Assembly (NCBI GenBank): GCA_963708025.1
Contig: CAVPSB010000032.1
Span: forward strand, 64,001-128,000
Origin: an uncultured Candidatus Rokubacteria bacterium
GTDB lineage: Bacteria; Methylomirabilota; Methylomirabilia; Rokubacteriales; DASRDR01
Length of the DNA: 64,000 nt
Reading direction: 5' to 3'
Positions 1 through 9,343 of the stretch are shown here, in pieces (the first letter of the stretch is position 1; every line of letters starts with the position of its first letter). The notes below the pieces were generated by a model, which saw nothing but the letters and a program-made list of their open reading frames with translations, had not been told where the DNA came from and did not search any database. A program made the position numbers and the translations under genes.

Positions 1-315
1 CGTGTAGCTCGACAGGAGCAGCACCAGCGTGTTGATCGCGGTGGCGGCGACCGGCAGCCGTGGCTGGGCCGGGGGGGGCCACACGGCCGCGCTCAGGCGC
101 AGCACGAGGAAGGCGCCGACCAGCGCGCCGAAGAACATCGTCTCGGTGGCGAGCAGCATCCACATCCCGAGCCGCGCGTTCGAGACGGGTGGCCAGGAAC
201 CCCGCCCTTCGCCGCCGTCGCCCGTGTCCGGCGGCGCCGGCGGCAGCCAGCCGACCGCCGACCCCGGTCCGCCCGGGCCCTCGGCCCTGAGGTCCGGCTC
301 TTCCAGCCGGCTCAT
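1..315 (-). CDS. ctaE: Cytochrome c oxidase subunit III, 5' part (runs off the window)
   Basis: Manual translation MSRLEE...NARLGMWMLLATETMFFGALVGAFLVLR...INTLVLLLSSYT matches the COX3 pattern; lies downstream of ctaCDAB. Confidence 0.9.
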   Translation of the reverse strand, partial: MSRLEEPDLRAEGPGGPGSAVGWLPPAPPDTGDGGEGRGSWPPVSNARLGMWMLLATETMFFGALVGAFLVLRLSAAVWPPPAQPRLPVAATAINTLVLLLSSYT

Positions 316-449
316 CAGTTACGGACCCAGATGACCGCGATCGACACGGCCACGAGGAAGGCGATCCAGGCGACGAGCCACCAGGCCGTGCGGCGGTTCC
401 GCGCCGCCAGCGCCCGCTCCTCAACATGCCGCTCCAGCACTCCCGCCAC
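315..449 (-). CDS. Small single-TM protein (44 aa) in the cox operon
   Basis: GTG start gives MAGVLERHVEERALAARNRRTAWWLVAWIAFLVAVSIAVIWVRN; TGA overlaps the ctaE ATG (TGATG); not in the ORF track. Confidence 0.65.
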   Translation of the reverse strand: MAGVLERHVEERALAARNRRTAWWLVAWIAFLVAVSIAVIWVRN

Positions 450-506
450 CGCCTAGCTTCCTCGAAGCGCCGAACCCATGGCAGATGAGTCGAACTCCCG
501 GGCGCC

Positions 507-695
507 GGGCCGAGGAGCGAGCAGCGCCCACAGGCCGAAGGCCGTCCAATGGACGCAGGGAGTCGCCGACCGCAGGCGTATGCCGCATACGCCGAGGATG
601 GGCGACGACCGAGGACGACCATAGGTCGGGACGGACGCGAGGCCGCAGGCCGAGCGCGTCACGACCGAGATCGAAGTTGCGACGCTCATCGGCCC
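507..695 (+). repeat. Family A palindromic dispersed element, copy 1
   Basis: GGGCCGAgGAGCG...CGCTCaTCGGCCC terminal stem; internal GGCGTATG-CCG-CATACGCC hairpin; similar to copies at 19015, 22003, 31021, 32823 and 61983. Confidence 0.9.
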
Positions 696-701
696 CGCCC
701 C

Positions 702-1682
702 CTACGCCTTGTCCAGCGCCATGAGGATCAGCAAGAGCGGCAGGTAGGCCACCGAGGCCAGCAGCAGCCGCCGGGCCGACGCCGGGGAGGGCGTGAGCGC
801 CTGGGCCAGCCCGCACGCCAGGAACGCCGCGCCGAGCACGAAGGCGCCAGCGAAGTACACGGGACCCGCCAGCCCGATCAGCGTCGGCAGGAGTCCCACC
901 GCCAGCAGGGCCAGACAGCCGGCCACGATCTGTCGCTCGGTGCTGGCACCGTCCGGATCGACGACGGGCAGGACCCGGATCCCGGCCTGCGCGTAATCGT
1001 CGCGATAGAGACGGGCGATGGCGAGCGTGTGCGGGAGCTGCCACAGGAACAGGATGGCGAACAGCACGGCCGCGCCCACGCCGACCTCGCCCCGGGCCGC
1101 CACCCACCCCGTCACCGGCGGGAGCGCTCCCGGAACCGCACCGATCACCATGGCCAGCGGGGTCACCAGCTTGAGCGGCGTGTAGGCGAACAGGTAGAGG
1201 ATCACCGTGGACCCGGTCACAGCCCCGGTCGGAAAATCCACCGCGAGGACAAGATAGGCCAGCCCGGCGGCGGTGGTGGCCGCGCCGAAGACGAGCGCCT
1301 CCACGGCGCCCAGGCGGCCGTCGGGGAGCGGGCGGCCGCGCGTGCGCCGCATCCGGCCGTCCACCTCGCGCTCGAGGAACTGATTGAGGGCGAGGGTCCC
1401 CCCCGCCGCCAGCGCCGTCCCGATCAGGACGTGGACGAGGCGGAGGTAGTCCGGGGCCCCGGTCGAGCCGACGTAGAAGCCGACGCACGTCGTCACCAGC
1501 ACCATGACGACCACGCGCGGCTTCGTGAGCGAGAGGAAGTCGAGCAGCCGCTGGCGCTCGGCCACCAGCGCGACCCTCGCCGGGGCCCCCGACGGCGCCG
1601 GCCGGGCCGGGGACAGCGGCGCCAGCGGCGGCGGGCCCGGCACCGGCGCGGCCTGCTCCAGGGTCGGGGTCCGCGAGATCAT
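702..1682 (-). CDS. ctaB: Protoheme IX farnesyltransferase (heme O synthase)
   Basis: LTKPRVV, D.RMRRT.GRPLP, FLWQLPH motifs; start set at MISRTP, overlapping the ctaA stop. Confidence 0.93.
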   Translation of the reverse strand: MISRTPTLEQAAPVPGPPPLAPLSPARPAPSGAPARVALVAERQRLLDFLSLTKPRVVVMVLVTTCVGFYVGSTGAPDYLRLVHVLIGTALAAGGTLALNQFLEREVDGRMRRTRGRPLPDGRLGAVEALVFGAATTAAGLAYLVLAVDFPTGAVTGSTVILYLFAYTPLKLVTPLAMVIGAVPGALPPVTGWVAARGEVGVGAAVLFAILFLWQLPHTLAIARLYRDDYAQAGIRVLPVVDPDGASTERQIVAGCLALLAVGLLPTLIGLAGPVYFAGAFVLGAAFLACGLAQALTPSPASARRLLLASVAYLPLLLILMALDKA

Positions 1683-2635
1683 GCCGGCACCCGGCGGGCC
1701 CGAAGCGGCGTCGCGGCACCCGACGGCTCCTCGGCGGGGAGGCCACGGAGCCGCCAGGCGCCGAGGGTCAGCGTGATCGCGGCGCCCAGAAGCAGCGCGG
1801 CCGTGAGGCGGTGGGCGACCGGCAACGCCAGCCCCGTCAGCCCGCCACCCGGCAGGGCCAAGCCCGTGAAGCGGGCGACGTACGCGCCGAGTCCGAGCGC
1901 GATCTGGAGGGCCAGGAGGGCGCCGAGGGCTCGGGCGGGCCGGGCCAGCGCCCCGGGGCTCTCGGGCCAGGCGAGGACGCGGAACGCCGCGGCGCCGGAA
2001 AGGAGGGCCGCCGGCAGCGCCCCGGCCAGGTGGAGGCTCACCCAACCGGCGTGGGTCGTGAGCGCGCCGAGGACGATCTGGAGGTACAGCATCGCGGTCG
2101 CCACCACCCCCAGCCAGGCGAGGCCGCGCCCCTGGTCGGCGTGAAGCGACGGCGCCGGGGCCGTCCACCCCGGCGACGTGACGACCGCCAGCGTCACCGT
2201 GAGCGCGAAGAACGCCTGGGCCAGGCAGCCGTGGACGATGGCCAAGGCGTCACGCAGCCACAGCACCCGCAAGCCGCCCAGGAGGCCCTGAGTGGAGACC
2301 AGGACGACCGCCAGCAGGCCGAAGCCGCGCAGCCAGCCCCGGCGCTCGGTCAGCCACAAGGTCGCCCCAAGCCCGAGGGTCAGGAGTCCTACCAGCGCCC
2401 CGAGGAGCCGGTGGCTGTGCTCGTAGAAGACCCCGCCCACCATCCGGGACCAGGGATAGAGGAACATGTTGTGGCCGAACGTCGTCGGCCAGTCGGGGAC
2501 GGCCAGCGCCGCGCCGGTGTTGGTCACCAGCCCGCCGGCGACGATGAGCACCAGCGTCGCCCCCGCGGTGACGAGCGCCAGCCCATGCGCCCAGCGGAGC
2601 GGGCCGATGCCCGTCGCCCCGGGTCGTCCGTTCAT
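1679..2635 (-). CDS. ctaA: Heme A synthase (COX15/CtaA family)
   Basis: GGLVT..GAALAVPDWP, FYEHSHRL, IVHG motifs; start at MNGRPG, because the upstream ORF extension is repeat-derived. Confidence 0.88.
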   Translation of the reverse strand: MNGRPGATGIGPLRWAHGLALVTAGATLVLIVAGGLVTNTGAALAVPDWPTTFGHNMFLYPWSRMVGGVFYEHSHRLLGALVGLLTLGLGATLWLTERRGWLRGFGLLAVVLVSTQGLLGGLRVLWLRDALAIVHGCLAQAFFALTVTLAVVTSPGWTAPAPSLHADQGRGLAWLGVVATAMLYLQIVLGALTTHAGWVSLHLAGALPAALLSGAAAFRVLAWPESPGALARPARALGALLALQIALGLGAYVARFTGLALPGGGLTGLALPVAHRLTAALLLGAAITLTLGAWRLRGLPAEEPSGAATPLRARRVPA

Positions 2636-2640
2636 CCCGT

Positions 2641-2810
2641 CCGGGCCGCGGACGTCCCGGCCTCTGGGGTCGTCGGCGGGCCTCCCAGCAGCGAGCGACG
2701 TCCCGAGGGCCGCAGGACCGAGGCGTCGCGACCAGATGGTCAATGGCGGCATACGCCTCGGCCCGCCTCCTCCCTGCGTCCTACCGGGGCTCGGGCCTCG
2801 CCCCGCTCCG
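2641..2810 (-). repeat. Family A element (reverse orientation) carrying a nested family E hairpin (2697-2739)
   Basis: Reverse complement reads GGACGCAGGGAGGA-GGCGGGCC...GGCCCGCC-GACGACC; the insert resembles 61216-61258. Confidence 0.8.
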
Positions 2811-2831
2811 CGCTTGCCGCACTCCCCATCG

Positions 2832-4589
2832 TCAGTGAGACCGGGACGAGCCGGCCTTGGCCAACCGCCGGTCCTGGGGCAGCCAGTCCTCGCTCACCTC
2901 GGGCGAGCTGTACTCGTAGGGGCCGCGATAGACCACGGGCAGCGTGGCGCCCCAGTTCCCATGGGGCGGCGGCGAGGGGGCGGTCCACTCCAGCGTGTTC
3001 GCCTGCCAGGGGTTGACGGGCGCCTTGGCCCCGCCGAACAGGCTCGCGATGAAGTTGATGATGAACGGGATCTGGAACAGTCCGAGCGCGAACACGCTCA
3101 GGCTGATGACGACGTTCCAGGGCTCCGTCCACTTCAGGAAGTCGTACTGGAGCGGGTTGTAGATCCGGCGCATGTGACCGCCCACCCCGATGATGTGCAT
3201 CGGGAAGAAGGCGGCGTTGAAGAACACGAACGTCCCCCAGAAGTGGATCTTGCCGAGGGTGTCGTTCATCAGGCGCCCGAACATCTTGGGGAACCAGTAG
3301 TAGATCCCGGCGAAGGCGCCGAAGATCGAGCCGCCGAAGACGACGTAGTGGATGTGGGCGACAATGAAGTAGGTGTCCTGGATGAAGATGTCGACCGGCG
3401 TGGAGGCCATGAAGATCCCCGACAGCCCGCCGATCACGAACATCGAGACGAAGGCCAGCGCGTTGAGCATGGGGACCGTGAACCGGATGTTCCCGCCCCA
3501 CAGGGTCCCCAGCCAGTTGAACGTCTTGATGGCCGAGGGCACCGCGATCACCATGGTGGTGATCATGAACGAGGTCCCCAGCGCCGGGTTCATCCCGCTG
3601 ACGAACATGTGGTGGCCGTACACGATCCAGGACAGGAACGCGATCCCGATCATCGAGAACGCCATCGCCCGGTAACCGAAAATGGGCTTGCGGGAGAACA
3701 CCGACAGCACGTCGGAGGCGATGCCCATGGCGGGCAGGATCAGGATGTAGACCTCCGGGTGGCCGAAGAACCAGAAGAGGTGCTGCCAGAGCAGCGGCTC
3801 GCCGCCGCCGGTCGGCGCGAACCAGTGGGTCCCCAGCGTCCGATCGAACAGCAGCATCGCCACCGCCGAGGTCAGCACGGGCAAGGCCAGCAGCAGGAGA
3901 ATGGCGGTGACGAACATGGCCCAGATCACCAGCGGCATCCGGAACAGCGTCATGCCGGGGGCGCGCATGTTGACGATCGTCGTGATGTAGTTGATGGAGC
4001 CCATCATCGACGAGACGCCGAGGACGAACAGGCTCATGCACCAGAGGTTCTGGCCCCAGTTGACCCCCGAGTACGAGGGGACCGCCGAGAGCGGCGCGTA
4101 GGAAGTCCAGCCGGCGGCGGCGTGGCCGCCCTCGACGAAGAAGCCGGCCAGCATGAGCACGCCGGCGATGAAGCCGGCCCAGAACGAGAGCATGTTGAGC
4201 TTGGGGAACGCCATGTCGCGCGCCCCGATCATCAGCGGGATCAGGAAGTTGCCGAACGAGCCGGCCAGGATCGGCATGATCACGAAGAAGATCATGATGG
4301 TCGCGTGCATCGTGAACATCATGTTGTAGACGGCCGGGGAGATGACGCCCTCGTTGTCCGGCCAGAAGAACCGCCCGACGCCGGGGACCGGGGTCTCCGG
4401 CCACGCCAGCTGCCAGCGCATGAAGATCGCCAGGCCGCCCCCGATCAGCATCATGAACAGCCCGAGGAAGAGGAACTGCCGGGCGATCATCTTGTGGTCG
4501 GTGGAGAAGATGTAGGTCCGCACGAAGCCCAGCTCGTGGTGAGCGTGGAGGTCGTGGGCCGTTGCCGTCGCCGTGCTCGGATGCGCCAT
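2832..4589 (-). CDS. ctaD: Cytochrome c oxidase subunit I, A1-type
   Basis: STDHK, WFFGHPEVYI, GHHM, VAHIHY motifs. Confidence 0.97.
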   Translation of the reverse strand: MAHPSTATATAHDLHAHHELGFVRTYIFSTDHKMIARQFLFLGLFMMLIGGGLAIFMRWQLAWPETPVPGVGRFFWPDNEGVISPAVYNMMFTMHATIMIFFVIMPILAGSFGNFLIPLMIGARDMAFPKLNMLSFWAGFIAGVLMLAGFFVEGGHAAAGWTSYAPLSAVPSYSGVNWGQNLWCMSLFVLGVSSMMGSINYITTIVNMRAPGMTLFRMPLVIWAMFVTAILLLLALPVLTSAVAMLLFDRTLGTHWFAPTGGGEPLLWQHLFWFFGHPEVYILILPAMGIASDVLSVFSRKPIFGYRAMAFSMIGIAFLSWIVYGHHMFVSGMNPALGTSFMITTMVIAVPSAIKTFNWLGTLWGGNIRFTVPMLNALAFVSMFVIGGLSGIFMASTPVDIFIQDTYFIVAHIHYVVFGGSIFGAFAGIYYWFPKMFGRLMNDTLGKIHFWGTFVFFNAAFFPMHIIGVGGHMRRIYNPLQYDFLKWTEPWNVVISLSVFALGLFQIPFIINFIASLFGGAKAPVNPWQANTLEWTAPSPPPHGNWGATLPVVYRGPYEYSSPEVSEDWLPQDRRLAKAGSSRSH

Positions 4590-4623
4590 CGTCGGTGATC
4601 TCCTCGGGTTCGGTGCCGCCGCG

Positions 4624-5280
4624 TCAGGAGGCCCACGCCTCCTTCTTCCACTGCTCGAACTCGTCGGGCGTGTGGACGAAGAGGAAGCCCTTCATGCCGG
4701 AGTGCCCGAAGCCGCACAGCTCCGCGCACGGGATCTCGTACTTGCCCGGCTTGGTCGCCTGGACCCACCTGACGATCTCGCGGCCGGGGACCGCGTCCTG
4801 CTTGAACCGGAGGTGGGGCATGAAGACGCTGTGGATGACGTCCTTCGAGGCCAGGTGGAGGATGATCGGCTTGCCGACCGGCACGTGGACCTCGTTGTCG
4901 AACGTCTTGTCGTCCTCGGTGTCGAACTTCCCGTCCGGCCCGGGGTAGGCGACCTCCCAGTTGAACTGCTTGGCGGTGATCCGGATGTGGAGGTCGGAGG
5001 CCGGCAGCTGCTGCTGGATCCGGCCCCAGGTCGGCACCGACAGGAAGGTCAGGATGACGAGGATGAGGGCCGGCACCACCGTCCAGACGATCTCCAGCGT
5101 CGCGTTCCCGTGGGTGTAGGTCGCGCGCCGCCCCTCACGATGGCGATAGAGGACGAGGAAGGCAATCATCGCCGCGGCCACCAGGACGAACGTCGCGCCG
5201 GTGATGTAGTAGATGAGGTAGAAGAGCCAGTCGATGTCCTGGCCGTAGCTGCTGACGTTCTCCGGGAGCCAGCTCATCAT
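4624..5280 (-). CDS. ctaC: Cytochrome c oxidase subunit II
   Basis: LEIVWT, DVIHS, CuA motif CAELCGFGHSGM. Confidence 0.96.
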   Translation of the reverse strand: MMSWLPENVSSYGQDIDWLFYLIYYITGATFVLVAAAMIAFLVLYRHREGRRATYTHGNATLEIVWTVVPALILVILTFLSVPTWGRIQQQLPASDLHIRITAKQFNWEVAYPGPDGKFDTEDDKTFDNEVHVPVGKPIILHLASKDVIHSVFMPHLRFKQDAVPGREIVRWVQATKPGKYEIPCAELCGFGHSGMKGFLFVHTPDEFEQWKKEAWAS

Positions 5281-5369
5281 GGCGACGTTGTCCTCGGCGT
5301 GAGGGCCCTTGTCTCGTGATTCACAACCGCGAGACTTCTCTGAAAAAACCGCAAGTTGGAGCGCCTCCC

Positions 5370-5397
5370 ATTATCGTCGGGAGACCCCTCCTGTCAA
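5370..5397 (-). promoter_or_regulatory. Putative sigma70 promoter for ctaC operon
   Basis: TTGACA-16 nt-GATAAT on the minus strand. Confidence 0.55.
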
Positions 5398-5398
5398 G

Positions 5399-5460
5399 AG
5401 GGTCAGGCCTTTCAACCTTTCAGTCGGCGCCGGATTGTCAAGATTGAAAGGCCTGACTCC
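5399..5460. repeat. Family C inverted-repeat (REP-like) element
   Basis: GGGTCAGGCCTTTCA...TGAAAGGCCTGACTCC; second copy at 17055-17133. Confidence 0.85.
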
Positions 5461-5461
5461 G

Positions 5462-6166
5462 TTACTTCTTCGCGGCCAGCTCGAAGCTGACCTTGGCGTC
5501 CTGGCCCGCCTTGACCTCGACCTCCTTGGACTGCTTGCCCAGCACCGGGTGCCAGACCTCGACCTTGTGCTTCCCGGGAGGCACGTTCTCGATCTTGAAG
5601 CTGCCCTTGTCGTCGGTGGTCGCCGCCGGGTTCTCGGTCACCAGGATCCAGCCGTGCATCCAGCTGTGGGCGTCGCACTGGACCTTGATGGCCTCGGGCT
5701 TGTCGAACTTCTCGGTCATGGTCTTCTTGAACTTCGGCTGCGCCTTGTTGATCGGCGGGTTCGCGGTCGAGAAGGTGTGGATGTTGTGGAGCACGCCGTC
5801 CGAGTTGAGGATGTCGACCTCACCCGGCGACATCACCAGCACCTCGGGATGGAACTCGCAGCCCTTCTGGTCCAGCGTCGCCTTCTTCGCCGCCTTGGCG
5901 CCCTTGGCGTCGGAGACCGAGACGACCGCGTTGGCCAGCCCGTTGCCGGCGCCGACCGCGACGTCGGCGATCTTCTTCTCCTGGCCGCAGACCTCCACGT
6001 CCTTGTTCACCTTCACGGTCTTCGGCGCCGGGGGAGTCCCGCTCACCTTGACCTCGCCGGAGATGGTGCCGCCGCCCTGCGCGCTCGCCTGCAGGCTCCA
6101 GGCGAACAGGGCGGCCGCCGCCACCAGGGCGACCATCAGCAGACTGACGACTGCACGCATACGCAT
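5462..6166 (-). CDS. Exported cupredoxin-like / carboxypeptidase-regulatory-like domain protein
   Basis: Signal peptide; LDQKGC.F.P, HNIH and CDAHSWM (putative Cu ligands). Confidence 0.75.
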   Translation of the reverse strand: MRMRAVVSLLMVALVAAAALFAWSLQASAQGGGTISGEVKVSGTPPAPKTVKVNKDVEVCGQEKKIADVAVGAGNGLANAVVSVSDAKGAKAAKKATLDQKGCEFHPEVLVMSPGEVDILNSDGVLHNIHTFSTANPPINKAQPKFKKTMTEKFDKPEAIKVQCDAHSWMHGWILVTENPAATTDDKGSFKIENVPPGKHKVEVWHPVLGKQSKEVEVKAGQDAKVSFELAAKK

Positions 6167-6204
6167 ACCGCGTTGTCCTCCTTGCTGGACGGATCGATCG
6201 GATT

Positions 6205-8472
6205 TCAGGGTTGCCGCCGGTCCTGTCGTCGCTTCGCCCATCGCGTGAGCCCCAGCTCGAGCCCGACGGTGACGAGGACCGCACCGAACGGGATGACGAG
6301 ATGCCGGTTCGACGCCGGGGCCTCCAAGCGCACATAGTACCACGTGGAAATGGCCGCTTTCGCGCCCTCGTCTCCCTCGGAGCCATCCCAGACCCAGAGC
6401 GCGATCGGAAAGAACTGCCCGACCGGGAAGACGAAGTCGGCCTTGTCGCCCGTCTTGAGGGGGCGCCGGATCACCGCCCGGTACTGGCCGGCGTCGTACA
6501 CCGCCTGACCCTTCGCCTGCATGGCCTCGCCGGCCTGGGGCGTGATCTTCCCGATGCCAGCCGCCGTGGCCTCGCCCACGCCGGGGCCAGCCTGCCAGGT
6601 GAGCAGGTAGACCGGCTTGGCGCTGTCCCCCATCAGGAAATAGGGCCGCTCGCCCTCACCGGTGCCCGTCGGGAACTGGAGGGCGATCATGTCCGGCTTG
6701 GGTGCACCCTGGCCGGGATCCGAGGCGGTCGGGTCGTCCCAGGTCAGGTGGAACGCCACCTCCTGGTCGCTGTGGACGGCCCTGACCGTCACCATGTCCG
6801 CCGTGGGGTTGAAGCTCCGCGGGTCCAGGATCACCTGCCCGACCATCGGGAAATTGGCGGCCGGGACCTTCCGCCAGAACTCGTGGTTCGGATCCGCCGG
6901 GATCTCGGCCCCGGTGACCGCCGAGACCTGGAGGATGCTCGCCCAGCTGGGCCGCTCCACGCCGCCGAGGGAGACGACGTAGTTGGCGACGTGCCAGATG
7001 TCCTCGGGCTTCTCCACCGAGTCGATGAAGGTGGGCATCGGGGAGCCCATGAGCCCGGTCGAGAGCCGCATCGCGACGGCTTTCCGGTCGGGGCCGCCGC
7101 GGAACGTCCAGGGCTTGTGGAGGTTCGCCGGCCGCACCGGATGGCCCCAGTCGTCCTTGAGGTCCGAGCCCGGCGCGGGGTCGCCCCGCCCGGCCAGGCC
7201 GTGGCACTTGTTGCACTCGATGGCCTCGAACATCTCCTTGCCGCGCTTGATCGACGCCTCGGACGACGCGACCTCGGGCGGAACCTTCACCAGCTCCGGC
7301 TTGGCGGTCTTGAAGGCCTCGGCGAAGCCCTTGACGTACCCGACGAGGGCCTGCATGTCCTTGGTGTCGGTGATCACCTTCCCCCAGGCCGGCATCGAGG
7401 TGCCGGGCATGCCGTCGCGGATGACCTTCACCAGGTCGTCGTCGGTCGGCAGCTGCCCGGAGGCCGTGCTGCGGATCTTGTACTTGCCGGCGGTGAAGTC
7501 GCGGGGCCTCGGCAGGAGCCGCTCGGCAGCCGGCCCGTCGCCCTTGCCCGACGCCCCGTGACAGAGCGCGCACTTCGCCTCGTAGAGCTGCTTGCCGCGG
7601 CCGCCGTCGCCGGCCGGCTGGGCCCCGGCCTCCCGGGGTCCGAAGACCGGCGCGCCGTGCGCGAGGAACGAGGCCACGCCGCCGGCCGGGAGGGACCCGG
7701 GCAGGGCCGCGTGACCTTCGGTCATGACGCGCGGCGGATAGCCGGTCGTCTCGTAGAGGTAGAAGATCACCTGCCAGATCTCCTCCTCGGTCAGCCGGTC
7801 CTCCCAGGCGGGCATCGCCGAGTTCCAGGGCGTCGACTCCTTGGGCAGCCCCGGGCCCCCTTTGGCGATCCGCCAGAACAGGAAGCCCTCGGAAAGCTGG
7901 GCGATCGTCCCGGAGTCGGTGAAGTCGGCCGGGGTCGGATTGAACCCGTGGGCGAAGTGGCCGTGCCCGTCGAGGTTGTCCCCGTGGCAGTACATGCAGT
8001 TGCGGATGTAGATGGCGCCGCCCGCGGCCAAGTGCTTGGCCTTGTTCCCCGGGTTGGCGGAGATGTCCTTCCGGATCGGCGTGGGGTTGGCCTGGAGGTC
8101 GATGGGCTTGCCCCGGAACGAGATCGAGGCCGGCGGCGCGGGGTGGATCGCCCGCAGCTCGAGGGGCGCCTCGGCCTTGGCCGCCGCCTGCGAGTAGGCG
8201 TAGTAGCCGACCAGGAGCGGCAGCGCCACGCCCAGGCCGAGCCGCAGCCGCCGCCGGCCGGGGTCGGTCAGGGTGGCCCAGATCGGCCGCACGAAGGCCG
8301 CCCACGACGCCGAGTCGGACGAGACGTAGACGAGCACGGCCAGCAGCGTGATCGCCATGTACTCGGCGAGCACGCTGAACGGCATCGGCGGCCGGATGCC
8401 GTACTTGAAGATCAGGTATGCGACGACGAGGACGAGGACGGCCTGGAGAAACTTGCCGCGGGGCTGAGCCAT
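6205..8472 (-). CDS. Membrane-anchored triheme cytochrome c with C-terminal ethylbenzene-dehydrogenase-gamma/DOMON-like domain
   Basis: 3 N-terminal TMs; CMYCH, CALCH, CNKCH; C-terminal V.VRA.H...F.L.W.D...D.IALQFP...A.WVWDG pattern plus TM. Confidence 0.8.
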   Translation of the reverse strand: MAQPRGKFLQAVLVLVVAYLIFKYGIRPPMPFSVLAEYMAITLLAVLVYVSSDSASWAAFVRPIWATLTDPGRRRLRLGLGVALPLLVGYYAYSQAAAKAEAPLELRAIHPAPPASISFRGKPIDLQANPTPIRKDISANPGNKAKHLAAGGAIYIRNCMYCHGDNLDGHGHFAHGFNPTPADFTDSGTIAQLSEGFLFWRIAKGGPGLPKESTPWNSAMPAWEDRLTEEEIWQVIFYLYETTGYPPRVMTEGHAALPGSLPAGGVASFLAHGAPVFGPREAGAQPAGDGGRGKQLYEAKCALCHGASGKGDGPAAERLLPRPRDFTAGKYKIRSTASGQLPTDDDLVKVIRDGMPGTSMPAWGKVITDTKDMQALVGYVKGFAEAFKTAKPELVKVPPEVASSEASIKRGKEMFEAIECNKCHGLAGRGDPAPGSDLKDDWGHPVRPANLHKPWTFRGGPDRKAVAMRLSTGLMGSPMPTFIDSVEKPEDIWHVANYVVSLGGVERPSWASILQVSAVTGAEIPADPNHEFWRKVPAANFPMVGQVILDPRSFNPTADMVTVRAVHSDQEVAFHLTWDDPTASDPGQGAPKPDMIALQFPTGTGEGERPYFLMGDSAKPVYLLTWQAGPGVGEATAAGIGKITPQAGEAMQAKGQAVYDAGQYRAVIRRPLKTGDKADFVFPVGQFFPIALWVWDGSEGDEGAKAAISTWYYVRLEAPASNRHLVIPFGAVLVTVGLELGLTRWAKRRQDRRQP

Positions 8473-8476
8473 CGCG

Positions 8477-9340
8477 TCAGGACTTCGGAGCGGCCGCTGG
8501 CGCCGGGGCCGGCGCCCCGGCAGCCGGCGCCGCTCCGCCCCCCTTGAGGGTCATCATGAAGGCGACCAGGTCGATGTATTCCTTCGCCGTGAGCACCTGC
8601 CCGAACGTCGGCGGCATGACCCCGGCCGGGTACCCCGAGACGGTGCCCTTGGACTTCGGGTCGAGGATCTTCCCCATGATGTACTCGATGGTCTGGGTGG
8701 CCCCGATGTTCGACAGATCGGGGCCGAGCGGGCTCGCCCCGATGCTCCCCGCCTTGTGGCACGCGATGCACGTGCCCTTGCCCTTGAACACGGCCTCGCC
8801 GGCCTTGGGATCGCCCGGCAGCTCGATGGACGCCGCCGCCTGGGCGCCCCCGGCCGTTGCGCCGGCGGTGGCGGGGATGTCGTCGAGCTTCACGTCGACG
8901 CTCGCCCCCTGGCTCTCCAGGAAGGCGACCGTCGCCCACAGCTCACTCCGGTTGAGCCCGATGGGCGGTCGGTCCACCTTCGGCATGATGGGCGGATAGG
9001 GGGGAACGAGGAAGGCCCCGGGATCGATCAGCGACTCGATCAGATAGGCCTTGGCGCTCGTCCCCGGCTTGCGCGTGGCCGCCCGGCTGCCTACGCCGGC
9101 CAGGTCCGGCCCCCGGCCGCCGGGGGCGCCGAGAGTGTGACACGTGGCGCACTGCCCCTTCTCGCGGTAAATCTTCTCCCCGGCCGCGACGAGCTGCTCG
9201 GGCGTCACGTTGCCGCCCTCCAGGGACAGCTCCTCGGGCGGCTTCGACTCGAGCTGGGGAATCGAGTTGGCGTACCAGGTGTAGGCGCCCATCACCACCA
9301 GGGCGAACGCGCTGACCTTCAGGGTGACCGGGGCCGCCAC
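8477..9340 (-). CDS. Diheme cytochrome c
   Basis: N-terminal TM; CATCH and CIACH, each followed by GPDL and a distal MP. Confidence 0.9.
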   Translation of the reverse strand: MAAPVTLKVSAFALVVMGAYTWYANSIPQLESKPPEELSLEGGNVTPEQLVAAGEKIYREKGQCATCHTLGAPGGRGPDLAGVGSRAATRKPGTSAKAYLIESLIDPGAFLVPPYPPIMPKVDRPPIGLNRSELWATVAFLESQGASVDVKLDDIPATAGATAGGAQAAASIELPGDPKAGEAVFKGKGTCIACHKAGSIGASPLGPDLSNIGATQTIEYIMGKILDPKSKGTVSGYPAGVMPPTFGQVLTAKEYIDLVAFMMTLKGGGAAPAAGAPAPAPAAAPKS

Positions 9341-9343
9341 GGC

